The position numbers were made by a program, and so were the translations under genes. A stretch of 64,000 bases of DNA, from contig CAVPPN010000005.1 in the NCBI GenBank assembly GCA_963707425.1, forward strand, positions 128,832 through 192,831, given 5' to 3'. Source of the stretch: an uncultured Actinomycetota bacterium. Its GTDB lineage: Bacteria > Actinomycetota > Actinomycetes > Propionibacteriales > Nocardioidaceae. The first letter of the stretch is position 1. Every line of letters begins with the position of its first letter. The notes below the pieces were generated by a model. It did not search any database. It worked only from the letters and a program-made list of their open reading frames with translations, and was not told the DNA's origin. Shown here piece after piece: positions 10,995-21,191 of this stretch.

Positions 10995-11205
10995 GGCACC
11001 TTCGCTGTTCTGGTTAGACCACTTCCTCGAGCCTATCCGCCGAGCCGAGCCAGATCTCGCTTTCAGACCGACGCAAATCCGGACACTTTGCCTCGTGTGA
11101 CGCACCGCTCCCAAAAAAAGTTCGTCGGAGAGGAGTTTTTCTCGTCATAGCGGCAAGGATTCAGCGTCTCCTCATCGCAACCGAGAAAGGGAAAGGTGGC
11201 CAGCA

Positions 11206-11646
11206 ATGGATTACTCGATGGACACGGCGCCTATCGCCGTTACCCAGGCGGTGACGCTCGAGCTCATCGACGCCACCGGCGCCTCGACCCCCATTGAAGC
11301 CGAGCTCCAGTATGACCCGAGCGACCCGTACGCCGTCACGACCGTGTTCATGACCGCGCACAGCCGCGTGACCTGGACCTTCGGACGCGACCTCCTGAGC
11401 GACGGGCTCTACGAGCCCTCCGGCGACGGCGACGTGCACGTGTGGCCCTGCCTGGACTCCGAGGGGCACGCCGTCGTGATCATCGAGCTCTGCTCGCCCG
11501 ACGGTGAGGCGCTCGTCCAGGCCAAGACCGGCGACCTCACGGCTTTCGTGGACCGGATGAGCCGGGCCGTGCGCCCCGGTGAGGAGTCCGAGCACATGAA
11601 CGTCGACGCGGCGATCGCGGCGATCCTCAGCACCGAGTCCGCCTGA
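11206..11646 (+). CDS. SsgA-family sporulation/cell-division regulator (SsgB-like)
   Basis: 146-aa ORF. YDPSDPYAVTTVF...VTWTFGRDLL..G......GDVHVWP is the SALP signature. Confidence 0.85.
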   Translation: MDYSMDTAPIAVTQAVTLELIDATGASTPIEAELQYDPSDPYAVTTVFMTAHSRVTWTFGRDLLSDGLYEPSGDGDVHVWPCLDSEGHAVVIIELCSPDGEALVQAKTGDLTAFVDRMSRAVRPGEESEHMNVDAAIAAILSTESA

Positions 11647-11710
11647 GACCTTGGTTGGCTAGTCTTCGGTCCAGACCTGCTGGTCAGGACCGGAAGACGA
11701 GGGGGATGCC

Positions 11711-12271
11711 GTGGTCTTCAGCCACGACACCGAGCATTCGCTGGCGTGTGTCGTGGAGCTGGTCAACTCAGCCCCCTCCGGCGGTAAGCCGGAGCTTCTC
11801 CCCGACCTGGAGAGCCTCGCCGGATTCGTCGCCCGGCACGGCGTGAGCGAGGTCTCCGCACTCACGGAGGCCGACCTCCGAGCCGTGCGCGAGCTCCGGG
11901 TGAGGATCCGCCCGGTCTTCGGCACGGCCGACCAGGTCCAGGCCGCGGCCGTGGTGAACGCCCTCGTGTCCGAGGCGCCCGTGACTCCCCGTCTCACCGA
12001 CCATGACGGGTACGACTGGCACATCCACTACTTCTCACCGGGTGCGTCCCTTGCGGACCACCTGGCCGTGGACTGCGGGATGGCCCTGGCCCACGTCATC
12101 TCCGGAGGCGAGCGGGAGCGGCTCCGCGTCTGCGAGGCTCCCGGCTGCGACCACGTTCTGGTCGACCTCTCCCGGAACCGTTCGCGGCGGTACTGCGACG
12201 CGCGGACCTGCGGCAACAGGCTGCACGTCGCGGCTTACCGCGAGCGCCGTCGCGCCGAGCTCGCGGACTGA
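11711..12271 (+). CDS. CGNR zinc-finger (ABATE) domain protein
   Basis: C-terminal RLRVCEAPGCDHVLVDLSRNRSRRYCDARTCGNRLHVAAYRERR. Confidence 0.85.
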   Translation: MVFSHDTEHSLACVVELVNSAPSGGKPELLPDLESLAGFVARHGVSEVSALTEADLRAVRELRVRIRPVFGTADQVQAAAVVNALVSEAPVTPRLTDHDGYDWHIHYFSPGASLADHLAVDCGMALAHVISGGERERLRVCEAPGCDHVLVDLSRNRSRRYCDARTCGNRLHVAAYRERRRAELAD

Positions 12272-12296
12272 CTTCCGGCGCAGGCGGAAAGGCCCG

Positions 12297-13118
12297 TCAC
12301 GGGTCGATGTCCTCTCGCTCCTTCTTCGCCCACATCGCCTGCGCCTCGCGCGTCACCGGTCCGGGCGCGTCGAGGTCCCGCTCATCGCATCGGTGGACCG
12401 CCTGGACGTCGCGGGTCGTGGACACGAGGAAGATCTCGCTCGCCTCGTCGAGTACGCCGATCGGCTCGTCGATCTCGCGTCCGCCGTACCACTCGAGCAG
12501 GAGAGCGCGGCTGATGCCCGCGAGGCAGCCGGCTGCCAAGGTCGGGGTCCGGAGCTCTCCGTCGATGACATAGAAGACGTTGGACCCGGTGCCCTCGCAG
12601 AGATGACCGGCGAGGTTCGCGAAGATCGCCTCGCTGGCACCCCGCTCGGCCGCAAAGGCGAGAGCGACCACGTTCTCGCCGTACGACGTCGTCTTGAGGC
12701 CCGCCAGAGCGCCACGCTCGTTCCGCGGCCAGGGCACCGTCACGACAGACGTGGAGCCGTCCCAGGCCTTCATCGTGTCCGCGACGACGACCAGCGTCGG
12801 CGGCTTGTCGCCCCTTCCCGAGCCGAGCGGCGCCTCTCCCCCGGTGTACGTGATCCGGACACGTCCCAGCGGCAGCTCCTGCGCCTCGAGGACCGCAGCG
12901 ACGGCGCGGCGTACCTCGGCGTCGTCCAGAGGCGGCAGGCCCATGCCCCTGGCGGAGCCGGCGAGACGGTTGAGGTGCCGCGTCAGCGCAAAAGGCTGTC
13001 CGTCGAGCACCTTGATCGCCTCGAAGACCCCGTCGCCGACGGTGAAGCCGTGGTCGCTCACCGCGATCGCGGGAGCCCTTGCATCGTCGAGTACCCGTCC
13101 GTTCACCCATGCCCGCAT
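12297..13118 (-). CDS. class IV aminotransferase / aminodeoxychorismate lyase-like
   Basis: Within ORF 12297..13154. DHGFTVGDGVFEAIKV...HLNRL...GIT-like blocks. ATG 13118 (MRAWVNG) preferred. Confidence 0.8.
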   Translation of the reverse strand: MRAWVNGRVLDDARAPAIAVSDHGFTVGDGVFEAIKVLDGQPFALTRHLNRLAGSARGMGLPPLDDAEVRRAVAAVLEAQELPLGRVRITYTGGEAPLGSGRGDKPPTLVVVADTMKAWDGSTSVVTVPWPRNERGALAGLKTTSYGENVVALAFAAERGASEAIFANLAGHLCEGTGSNVFYVIDGELRTPTLAAGCLAGISRALLLEWYGGREIDEPIGVLDEASEIFLVSTTRDVQAVHRCDERDLDAPGPVTREAQAMWAKKEREDIDP

Positions 13119-13252
13119 GGGGAAGAGCCTAGGGCTCACGGGGGTCCCAAACACGCCCGCCAGAGGCCGAATTTGTCATTCCGGGGATGTCGGCTACAGT
13201 TTTCCCCGCACGGCCGGTTCGGGCGGGAATCTGCTCAGACCGGAAGGTGCAT

Positions 13253-13325
13253 GCGGACGTAGCTCAGTTGGTAGAGCGCAACCTTGCCAAGGTTGAGGTC
13301 GCGAGTTCGAGCCTCGTCGTCCGCT
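13253..13325 (+). tRNA. tRNA-Gly (anticodon GCC)
   Basis: GCGGACGTAGCTCAGTTGGTAGAGCGCAACCTTGCCAAGGTTGAGGTCGCGAGTTCGAGCCTCGTCGTCCGCT. Cloverleaf with anticodon loop TTGCCAA. Confidence 0.95.
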
Positions 13326-13352
13326 CGGAGAAGGGTCGCAGGTCCCCTCCTT

Positions 13353-13423
13353 GGTGGAGTGGCCGAGAGGCGAGGCAACGGACTGCAAATCCGTCTACAC
13401 GGGTTCAAATCCCGTCTCCACCT
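13353..13423 (+). tRNA. tRNA-Cys (anticodon GCA)
   Basis: GGTGGAGTGGCCGAGAGGCGAGGCAACGGACTGCAAATCCGTCTACACGGGTTCAAATCCCGTCTCCACCT. Anticodon loop CTGCAAA. Confidence 0.95.
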
Positions 13424-13465
13424 CGATTGCTCAGATCTCCTCGATGTGGGAGTTTGGGTCATCAC

Positions 13466-13540
13466 GGGCGATTGGCGCAGTGGTAGCGCGCTTCCTTGAC
13501 ACGGAAGAGGTCACTGGTTCAAACCCAGTATCGCCCACCA
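13466..13540 (+). tRNA. tRNA-Val (anticodon GAC)
   Basis: GGGCGATTGGCGCAGTGGTAGCGCGCTTCCTTGACACGGAAGAGGTCACTGGTTCAAACCCAGTATCGCCCACCA. Anticodon loop TTGACAC. Confidence 0.95.
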
Positions 13541-13555
13541 GCATCACCGCAGGTC

Positions 13556-13596
13556 AGAGCCCCTTTGCCACCCGGCCGAGGGGCTCTTGCTTTGCC
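13556..13596 (+). terminator. probable terminator after the tRNA cluster
   Basis: AGAGCCCC (13556-13563) pairs with GGGGCTCT (13580-13587), followed by TGCTTTG. Confidence 0.5.
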
Positions 13597-14036
13597 GCTG
13601 AGGCACTCAGGCAGGCACTAACTCTCCTCCTGCCCCTCGTCGGCGGGCAGCTCGAACAGCGTGTCCATGACCAGCGCTCCCCCGGTCAGGAGCAGCCGGA
13701 GCTCGCCGCCTGGTGCTGGTCGCTGGCCGAGGCCATGAGAACGACAGCGCCTTCCCCTCTCTACGAGTTACGAGGGGCGGCGCCTCACACTGCCCTCTTG
13801 ACAGCAAGCCCCTCCATATCAGGGCGACGATCAGGGTGACGGGACGTCCGTGGTCACGAACCCAGTCCTGGCTGCGGCGGACTCGGGCTCAGTCCGGGCG
13901 CGGGTACGTCTTGAAGCGCTCGCAGCCGTAAGGCTCGAAGAACCAGCTAGCAGCAGGGTCGTGGCGTCCACGCGCCGACGTCGGGAGAAGCACGGCTACG
14001 CATCCATGCCGACCACGGAACGACTGCCGCCGCGGC

Positions 14037-14861
14037 TCACTCCTGGGCGCCGCCGAACCAGGTGGCGTAGATCTTGTCGTAGCCGCCGTTCTCCTCCAGC
14101 GTGGCGAGCACCTTGTTGATCGAGCGCAGCAGGTCGACGTTGCCGTTCTTCTTGACGGCCATGCCGTACTGCTCACCGGTGTCGAACTCGGCGGAGACCT
14201 CGAGGTCGGGGTTGTTGGCCACCACGTCGCCGACGACGGTGTTGTCGTAGACGGCGGCGTCCACCACGCCCTTGGTGAGGGCGTCCTCCATCGCGGCGGC
14301 GTCCTTGAGCGGCATCACGTCCGCGCTGGACGGCGCGTTGTCGGTGACGTAGAGCTCACCGGTCGTGCCGCCCTGCACACCGATCTGCTGGCCGGCGAGG
14401 TCGTCGAGCGAGGCGATGCCGGAGCCCTTGGCGACGACCAGCGCCTGCGAGGCGTCGAAGTAGGGGCTGGAGAAGTCGAGCACGCGCGCCCGCTCGCCGG
14501 TGATCGTCATCGCCGAGATCGCGACGTCGCACTGGTCGGAGTTGAGCGCGTCGCCGGACTGGATGGCGTCGAAGTCGGTGTCCTTGATCTCGAGGCGGAG
14601 GCCGAGCTCCTCGGCCACCTCGCGGACCAGGTCGATGTCGAAGCCGACCGGCTCGTCGTCCTTCATGGACTCGAAGGGCTGATAGGGCATGTCGCTGCAG
14701 ACTGTCAGTGCCCCCTCCTCGATGACCTGGGGGGCGCGGATGGAGCTCACGCCCTCCTTGGCGTCGGCCGCACAGCCAGCGGCCAGGGTCAGCATCAGTA
14801 CGGCGCCCACTGCGCGTGCGGCCCGACGGGCGGGTGTGTGGCTCGTCATGTCAGTTCGCAT
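14037..14861 (-). CDS. amino-acid-type ABC substrate-binding lipoprotein (orphan; no permease or ATPase adjacent)
   Basis: 274-aa ORF with lipobox LTLAAGC. Type 3 periplasmic-binding blocks (GFDIDL, AISAMTIT, RA..LDFS.PY). Confidence 0.85.
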   Translation of the reverse strand: MRTDMTSHTPARRAARAVGAVLMLTLAAGCAADAKEGVSSIRAPQVIEEGALTVCSDMPYQPFESMKDDEPVGFDIDLVREVAEELGLRLEIKDTDFDAIQSGDALNSDQCDVAISAMTITGERARVLDFSSPYFDASQALVVAKGSGIASLDDLAGQQIGVQGGTTGELYVTDNAPSSADVMPLKDAAAMEDALTKGVVDAAVYDNTVVGDVVANNPDLEVSAEFDTGEQYGMAVKKNGNVDLLRSINKVLATLEENGGYDKIYATWFGGAQE

Positions 14862-15447
14862 TCACGGTGAGGGACTGGGTGAGGCGGAGCAGGGCGTACT
14901 CGGTGACGCGCACGAGCGCCCGCTTGGCGGACTGGCGGTCGCGGGCGTCGACGCGGATGATCGGGACCTCGGGGGGCAGCGCGAGCGCGGCGGCGACCTC
15001 GTCGAGCTCGTACTCCGTGGTGCCGTCGAACTGGTTGACCGCGACGATGAACGGCAAGCCCTTGGACTCGAAGTAGTCCAGCGGCGAGAACGATTCGTCG
15101 AGCCGGGCGGTGTCGACCAGCACGATCGCGCCGATGGCACCGCGGCAGAGGTCGTCCCACATGAACCAGAAGCGGCGCTGGCCGGGTGTGCCGAAGAGGT
15201 AGAGCACCAGGTCCTCGGCGAGCGTCAGGCGGCCGAAGTCCATGGCGACGGTCGTCGTGGCCTTCGTCGGGACGGCGGCCAGGTCGTCGACGCCCTCGGA
15301 CTCGTTGGTCACGAGCGCCTCGGTGCGCAGCGGCACGATCTCCGAGACGGAGCCCACCAGGGTCGTCTTGCCCACGCCGAAGCCGCCGGCGATGACGATC
15401 TTCGTAGACGCGGCCTGGCGCGGCGCGCTAGTAGGAGCGAAGTCCAC
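14851..15447 (-). CDS. cvnD: conservon GTP/ATP-binding protein (CvnD-like, Ras/MglA-like)
   Basis: Within ORF 14851..15897. GTG 15447. P-loop GGFGVGKTT; FGTPGQ; NQFD. Confidence 0.85.
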   Translation of the reverse strand: MDFAPTSAPRQAASTKIVIAGGFGVGKTTLVGSVSEIVPLRTEALVTNESEGVDDLAAVPTKATTTVAMDFGRLTLAEDLVLYLFGTPGQRRFWFMWDDLCRGAIGAIVLVDTARLDESFSPLDYFESKGLPFIVAVNQFDGTTEYELDEVAAALALPPEVPIIRVDARDRQSAKRALVRVTEYALLRLTQSLTVNAN

Positions 15448-15811
15448 GGAGGGTCCTTTCGATGAGCTCGATCCGCTCGTCCTTCGACGAACTCTCGGTG
15501 ATGGTGGCCTGCACCCGGACCAGGCCCTGCTGTACCAGGTCGCCGAGCAGGACGCGGACGACCCCGATCGGCATGGACGCCAGCGCGGAGACCTCGGCGA
15601 CCGAGCGCTGGTCGCAGAGCTCGAGAACCCGCAGCCCACCGGCACCCAGGTCGGCGTCGGCGCTCGCGTCGCGCGGCTGGATGCGCAGGGTGGCCTCCAT
15701 CGGGAGGTCGACCGCAGCCTTCGTCCGCCCGGCCGTGATGGTGTACGGCCGGACGAAGCGGGCGGGTGCGACCGGCTCGTCCTCCGGTCCGCGGGCGTCT
15801 TCGGGTGCCAC
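15428..15811 (-). CDS. cvnC: DUF742 protein (CvnC-like)
   Basis: 127-aa ORF. VRPYTITAGRT...SVAEVSA...PIGVVRVLLGDL. Confidence 0.85.
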   Translation of the reverse strand: MAPEDARGPEDEPVAPARFVRPYTITAGRTKAAVDLPMEATLRIQPRDASADADLGAGGLRVLELCDQRSVAEVSALASMPIGVVRVLLGDLVQQGLVRVQATITESSSKDERIELIERTLRGLRSY

Positions 15812-15823
15812 GGCTGGTCCCGG

Positions 15824-16240
15824 TCAGGCGCCCGTCGCGACGCGGGCCTGGGCCTGCACCGCCCGGCCCACGCGGTCGACGAGCAGCGCCATCTCATACC
15901 CGACCTGGCCGATGTCGGCGGCCTCCTGGGTGAGGACGGCTAGGTTGGAGCCGTCCCCGACACTCATCAGCATCAGGTAGCCGTGCTCCATCTCCACGAC
16001 GGTCTGCAGCACGCCGCCGCCCTCGAACAGGCGGGCCGCACCGACGGCGAGGCTGGCCAGGCCGGACGACACCGCGGCGACCTGCTCGGCACGCTCACCT
16101 GGGATGCTGGCGCTGGCTGCCATCAGCAGGCCGTCGGCCGACACGAGGATGGCGTGGGCCGCATCGGGGGTTTCCTCCACGAAGCGAGTGACCAGCCAGT
16201 CGAGCTGACGAGCGTCGTTCGGAGCGGTGATCTCGGTCAT
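15824..16240 (-). CDS. cvnB: roadblock/LC7 domain protein (CvnB-like)
   Basis: Within ORF 15824..16513. ATG 16240 ([39 protein letters not shown]). Confidence 0.85.
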   Translation of the reverse strand: MTEITAPNDARQLDWLVTRFVEETPDAAHAILVSADGLLMAASASIPGERAEQVAAVSSGLASLAVGAARLFEGGGVLQTVVEMEHGYLMLMSVGDGSNLAVLTQEAADIGQVGYEMALLVDRVGRAVQAQARVATGA

Positions 16241-16257
16241 CAGGAACCTGCTTCCGT

Positions 16258-18921
16258 CTATGAAGGGTCGGGTGCGGCGGTTGTGACAGCGGCGCGGCCT
16301 CGCGCGACGCCGGTCGCGTGCGCCGCGAGTCGGGCCCGGATGGCCTCGGGGTCGCGGACCGTAACGGTGGGAGTCGTGGTCACGCCACCCGGCACGAGCC
16401 TGCTGCCGGGGCGCCGTTGGGGAAGCCCGGACTGGCTGACCTCTGGCTCCGCCGGGGTCTCTGCGACCTGGTCGGCCATCTCCCAGCCTGCCTCGATCTC
16501 GGACGTGCGCCACGGCTGCGCGTCGTTGCCCGAGCTCAGCCAGGCCGAGCGCAGCGACCGGAAGATCGGGCTGTCGAAGCCGTCGTCGCCCGGGTCCGTC
16601 CAGTCACCGTCGAGGGCACCGTTCGCCGCCAGGGGAGCCGGCGTGGGCTTCGGCGCCGGCGTGGGCTCGGGTACGGCGACGGCCTCGGCGGCCGGTTCGG
16701 GTGCCGCCGTTGCGGCGGGCTCGGCAGCCGCCTCCGCGAAGGGCGCGGCCGGCGGGGGCGTGGGCTTCGGCGGCTCCGCGGGCGCCGGGGCGGGCCCGTT
16801 GCGCAGCGGCCGGAGCGCCGCCAGCGCGGCGGACGCCGTCGAGGGTGTGACCGGCGTCGGCGCCCCGGAGGCCGGGTCGACAGTGGCTCCCCTGGTGCGG
16901 GTGGGCAGCCCCAGGGCGGCGTCGATCCTGGCCTTGACGTCCAGCTCTGCCGGCTGGTCGTCCTTTGCCTTGACGGGCTCGGGCTTGCGGTCGGGCTTCT
17001 GGGGCTTGCGGTCGGACTTCTCGCGCGCACGGGTCTCCGCCGCCTTCGGTGTGTCCGACTCGGGCGCCGCCTCGCGCGGCTTGGGCGCCGGGGGCGGGGC
17101 CAGCTCGGGGAGGATCGCGACGGGCAGCATCACCGTGGCCGTCGTACCGTTCTCGTCGTTGGCGCGTAGCGACGTGGTGATGCCGTGCCGTTGCGAGAGG
17201 CGGCTGACCACGAAGAGGCCCATCCGGCGAGCGGTGTCGGGGGTGACCTCGCCGCCGGAGCCGAGGCTCTCGTTGATCATCGCCAACTCCTCGGCGAGGA
17301 TGCCTAGCCCGGCGTCCGCGATCTCGATGACCACGCCCTGGGCGGTGGTCGTCGAGCCGACGGTCACCGTCGAGGTGGGCGGCGAGTAGGTCAGGGCGTT
17401 GTCGACCAGCTCACTGAGGAGGTGGACAACGTCGGCCGCAGCGCTGTCGTTGATGCGCATCGGGTTGGCCGACCGGATCCGCACCCTCTGGTAGTCCTGC
17501 ACACCGGACGTCGCCGCCTGCAGGGCGTCGCTCACGGTGAGCCCGTCCACCACGGCGGTCGCCGTCGGCGCGTCGGCGAGGATCAGCAGGCTGTCCGCCG
17601 TACGACGCATGCGGGCGGCGAGGTGGTCGAGCCGGAACAGACTCTCGAGCCGCTTCGGGTCCTCCTCGTCCCGCTCCAGCCGCTCGATCAGGCCGAGCTG
17701 CTGGTTGATCAGCGAGGTGTTGCGGCGCGACAGGGTGACGAACATCTGGCTGACCTGTGACCGCAAGTTGGCCTCGCCGGAGGCCAGCACGACGGCCTGG
17801 CGGTGCATGTCGTCCACGGCCCGCGCCAGCTGGCCGATCTCCTCCTCCGTCGTGACGTCGATCGGCGTGATCTCGCCGGGCTCCTCGCCCGCACGGATGC
17901 GCGCAACCGCCTCGGGCAGCCGCGCGTGTGCTACCGCCAGCGCGCCCTCGCGGACCCGGCGGATCGGGTTGAGCAGCAGGCGCGAGATGAGCAGCGCGAG
18001 CAGGATCGCCGCGACCAGGGCGGTCAGGGTGATCGCCGCGTTGACAGCGGCGTCGGCGCGGGCCTCGGCGGCCGCGGCCTCGAGCTCGTCGTCGATGCCG
18101 TCCTGCAGCGTGCGGATGATGCTGTCGTAGTCGGCATACGCGTTGGCGCCGCCGAGGTCCGTGCCGCCGGTGCGGACCGTGCGGAACCGCTGGGCGTTGG
18201 CGGTGCGCAGCGACGCCACCGCCTTCTCGCTGGTGCCCAGCGCGGTGGCGAGGCGGTCGATCGCGGCGCCCTCGACGCCGAGCTCGGAGAAGAGCTCGAG
18301 CGAGCCGGTCTTACCGGTGCGCTCGGTCGCGACCAGCGCCTGCTGCATGGCCAGCGAGAAACGGCCGGCCAGGGTCTGCGAGAGCAGCTCGAGCCGCGGC
18401 TCAGGGTTGATCTGCTCGTTGACGATCGTGGTGATCAGCTGAGTCACGCCCGACTGCAGCTGGCGCAGCTGCGCCACCCAGGTACCGGGGCTGAGGGTGA
18501 TCGCGTCCTCGGCGCGCAGCGCCTGGCTGAGGTCCAGCACCGCGTCGACCTGGTAGCGCTGGTCGTCGGTGAGGTCGGCGGACTCCTTCGACTCGAGCAG
18601 CTCGCGCCCCGACCTACGGATATCGGCGAGCGCCTCCTCGAGCGCGGCTTTGCTGTCCTCGTCGGTGCCGACGGCGGCGACCATCGCCTGCTCGGCGGCG
18701 GTGAGGTAGTCGACCGCCGGCCGCAGCGCGGTGACCTGCTGGGCGCTGGAGGAGGAGTTCGACGCCTCGACGAGGTCGCCCCGGACCCGCAACCCACCCA
18801 GGGTGCCGGCGAGCAGCAGCGGGATGGCCAGGGCGAGCGCCACCTTGCGGCGCAATGACCATGCGGAGACGGCCAACGCGGACTCTCCGCCGCGATTGGC
18901 AGGGCGCTTGGTGCTCATCAC
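16258..18921 (-). CDS. cvnA: conservon sensor kinase (CvnA-like; NIT-type sensing region, HAMP, HATPase, Pro/Ala-rich tail)
   Basis: 887-aa ORF with an N-terminal TM, HAMP-like [37 protein letters not shown], and a long PA-rich C-terminus. Confidence 0.85.
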   Translation of the reverse strand: MMSTKRPANRGGESALAVSAWSLRRKVALALAIPLLLAGTLGGLRVRGDLVEASNSSSSAQQVTALRPAVDYLTAAEQAMVAAVGTDEDSKAALEEALADIRRSGRELLESKESADLTDDQRYQVDAVLDLSQALRAEDAITLSPGTWVAQLRQLQSGVTQLITTIVNEQINPEPRLELLSQTLAGRFSLAMQQALVATERTGKTGSLELFSELGVEGAAIDRLATALGTSEKAVASLRTANAQRFRTVRTGGTDLGGANAYADYDSIIRTLQDGIDDELEAAAAEARADAAVNAAITLTALVAAILLALLISRLLLNPIRRVREGALAVAHARLPEAVARIRAGEEPGEITPIDVTTEEEIGQLARAVDDMHRQAVVLASGEANLRSQVSQMFVTLSRRNTSLINQQLGLIERLERDEEDPKRLESLFRLDHLAARMRRTADSLLILADAPTATAVVDGLTVSDALQAATSGVQDYQRVRIRSANPMRINDSAAADVVHLLSELVDNALTYSPPTSTVTVGSTTTAQGVVIEIADAGLGILAEELAMINESLGSGGEVTPDTARRMGLFVVSRLSQRHGITTSLRANDENGTTATVMLPVAILPELAPPPAPKPREAAPESDTPKAAETRAREKSDRKPQKPDRKPEPVKAKDDQPAELDVKARIDAALGLPTRTRGATVDPASGAPTPVTPSTASAALAALRPLRNGPAPAPAEPPKPTPPPAAPFAEAAAEPAATAAPEPAAEAVAVPEPTPAPKPTPAPLAANGALDGDWTDPGDDGFDSPIFRSLRSAWLSSGNDAQPWRTSEIEAGWEMADQVAETPAEPEVSQSGLPQRRPGSRLVPGGVTTTPTVTVRDPEAIRARLAAHATGVARGRAAVTTAAPDPS

Positions 18922-19330
18922 TCACCCGTGGCTCTCGAGATGGACGCCACCGAAAGGCGGCGTGAGCGGTCAGTTCCGTCAAAATAGGGTGATCTGGACC
19001 ATAGCGCAGGCGAATCCGGGCAACTAGTTCAATCGGGTGATGTGGCGCCACCCGATCGACGCAGAGGGGTTGTTTTGAGAAGGATCGCCCGATATGGCCG
19101 CCTTCTGGGTCCGAGGTACGGAAGAGGTCACCGATTCGACCCGGTATCGCTTACCGAGCCCCGCAGCTGTCAGCACCCCAGCTCATCGAGCCGGGGATTG
19201 TCTTCGTGTGGTCTGAGCCGGACTAGCGCAGTCACGAATAGACGGCGATGTCGCGTTCACGCCGCCCGCACGGGGGAAGCCTGCCGCGAGAGGGGTAAGA
19301 CCCAGTCGAGACTCGAACGGAGACCCCCAC

Positions 19331-20350
19331 ATGGCACGTCGCCACCTCCCCCTACTCCTGCTCGCAACCTTCGGCCTCCTGGCCGGCCTTCTGATGGCCG
19401 TGGGCGCCCGCACGGACGCGGGCAGCTCCACGGTCGCCGCCCACTCCCGCAGCACCTTCTGCGACCGGCACCCGCAGCACCGGAAATGCCGGCCGACTCC
19501 GCCGCCGACGAGCAATCCGAGCCCCATCACCAGTCCAAGTCCCACACCGACGACCAGTCCGAGCCCGACGCTCTCACCAACCCCCACACCGACGAGCAAT
19601 CCGAGCCCGACGGTCTCATCGAGCCCCACCCCCACGACCAGTCCGACGCCGACCCAGACGCCGTCGCCCACCCAGACGCCGGCCGGCTGCACCGACCCCG
19701 TGTTCACGACCTCCAGCACGAACGGCATGTGGAGCAACGGCGGCTACGTCGTCCACAACAACATGTGGAACGTCTCGGGCTACAACGTCTCCGAAACGCT
19801 CTCGGCGTGCGCCTACAACAACTGGAGCGTCACGGCGACCGCGGACAACCGCTCAGGCGACGGGGCCGTGAAGACGTACCCGAACGTCCACAAGGACTAC
19901 CACGACTGGAGCACCGGCGCTGAGCCGCTCCTGAGCTCCTTCTCGACGATCAAGAGCACCTTTGCGGCGACGAGCCCCCACGTCGGCATCTACAACGTCG
20001 CCTACGACATCTGGCTCAACGGCGTGCCAGGCAACCGCGAGATCATGATCTGGACCGACAACTACCGCCAGGTGCCGGCGGGAAGCCGCGTGGCCAGTGG
20101 CGTGAGCCTGAGTGGCCACACCTGGGACGTGTACGCCACAAGCGGCAACGGTTACCTCGCCTTCGTGCCTAGCCAGCCGATGACGCAGGGCTCCCTCGAC
20201 CTCAAGGCGATGCTGGACTGGCTGACCGCCCAGGGGCGGATTCCCGCCAACTCCACGCTGGGCCAGATCTGTTTCGGCGTCGAGGTGGTATCCACGGACG
20301 GGCAACCAGCCACGTTCAACTTCACCGACTTCTCGATCACGGACAGCTGA
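19331..20350 (+). CDS. secreted GH12-like glycoside hydrolase with N-terminal Pro/Thr/Ser linker
   Basis: Signal peptide [21 protein letters not shown], ~70-aa PT-rich linker, then [14 protein letters not shown] and ICFGVEVVS (GH12-type E-MIW nucleophile and G-E acid/base blocks). Confidence 0.7.
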   Translation: MARRHLPLLLLATFGLLAGLLMAVGARTDAGSSTVAAHSRSTFCDRHPQHRKCRPTPPPTSNPSPITSPSPTPTTSPSPTLSPTPTPTSNPSPTVSSSPTPTTSPTPTQTPSPTQTPAGCTDPVFTTSSTNGMWSNGGYVVHNNMWNVSGYNVSETLSACAYNNWSVTATADNRSGDGAVKTYPNVHKDYHDWSTGAEPLLSSFSTIKSTFAATSPHVGIYNVAYDIWLNGVPGNREIMIWTDNYRQVPAGSRVASGVSLSGHTWDVYATSGNGYLAFVPSQPMTQGSLDLKAMLDWLTAQGRIPANSTLGQICFGVEVVSTDGQPATFNFTDFSITDS

Positions 20351-20357
20351 ACGCGCG

Positions 20358-20399
20358 AAGCGGCCCCCGAGGGTTTCCCTCGGGGGCCGCTTTTGCGTT
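20358..20399. terminator. strong bidirectional terminator hairpin
   Basis: AAGCGGCCCCCGAGG (20358-20372) pairs with CCTCGGGGGCCGCTT (20378-20392), a perfect 15-bp stem, followed by TTGCGTT. Lies between convergent genes. Confidence 0.85.
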
Positions 20400-20405
20400 C
20401 CCTGC

Positions 20406-20732
20406 TCAGCCGTCGGTACGAGCCCACCAACCGGGCTCCACCCACGGCGTCTCCGCCGGCCGATCAGCGACTGCCAGCGACTCGGTCCCCTGGCGGTAGC
20501 CCCGCTCGAAGCCGATGTCGTAGCCGAGGCGGTAGGCCTCCTCGATGGAGCGGCCCTTGGCTCGGATGCCGCAGTAGCAGAGCACCACGACCCCTACCAC
20601 GAGTGAGACCAGCCCGAGCGCGCTCGGCATCGCGAGCGTCTTCTGGTCCCAGTTGGTGATGGTGGTCGCCGTGCCCCCGAGCAAGCACATGATTCCCGTT
20701 GTTGCGATTACTCGCAAAGCATGGTTCTCCAT
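20406..20732 (-). CDS. hypothetical two-TM membrane protein
   Basis: Within ORF 20406..20798. MENHALRVIATTGIMCLLGG...LGLVSLVVGVVVLCYCGI. Start uncertain. Confidence 0.5.
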   Translation of the reverse strand: MENHALRVIATTGIMCLLGGTATTITNWDQKTLAMPSALGLVSLVVGVVVLCYCGIRAKGRSIEEAYRLGYDIGFERGYRQGTESLAVADRPAETPWVEPGWWARTDG

Positions 20733-20813
20733 GGTGTTTCCCCCGTGTTCGGAAGTCCTTCGCTTCCCCGAGGTGCCGGCACGTGGCTCGACCGACACCT
20801 CATATGGATGGTT

Positions 20814-21191
20814 TCAGGGCATGAACCTTCGTCTGATGGCGAGCACGTCGTCGACCATCGCCTGGGACCGGTCCGAGAGCTGGTCGTCGGTGATTTCGTC
20901 CTGCATGAGTTCGAGCGTCCATCGCAGCAAGTCGGGGTCGGTCGCCCCGCTGCTTATGACCGCCTCCACGTCGCCGTTCCTGACGTATAGGAGGTAGTCG
21001 CGCGGTAGCCCGAGGATGTCTCCCAGGGCTCTCAACATCGCGTCTGACACATTCTCACGGCGCTTGACCCGATCGACTGTCGCGCGACTCACCCGTCCTG
21101 TCGCGTCGATCTGTGGGCCACTGATCCCCCGCCAGCCCATGGCCGCCTTCACTAGTTCGGCGACCCTTTCCTGCCCCGGCTCTTCGTTCAT
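20814..21191 (-). CDS. helix-turn-helix (XRE-like) DNA-binding protein
   Basis: 125-aa ORF. N-terminal GISGPQIDATGRVSRATVDRVKRRENVSDAMLRALGDILG reads as an HTH. Confidence 0.6.
   Translation of the reverse strand: MNEEPGQERVAELVKAAMGWRGISGPQIDATGRVSRATVDRVKRRENVSDAMLRALGDILGLPRDYLLYVRNGDVEAVISSGATDPDLLRWTLELMQDEITDDQLSDRSQAMVDDVLAIRRRFMP

Noticed and set aside
19480-19690. The Pro/Thr-coding repeats in the GH12-like gene as a non-coding tandem repeat or VNTR feature.
   Set aside because: The region lies inside a continuous ORF and encodes a typical PT-rich linker. The repeats are imperfect and in frame.
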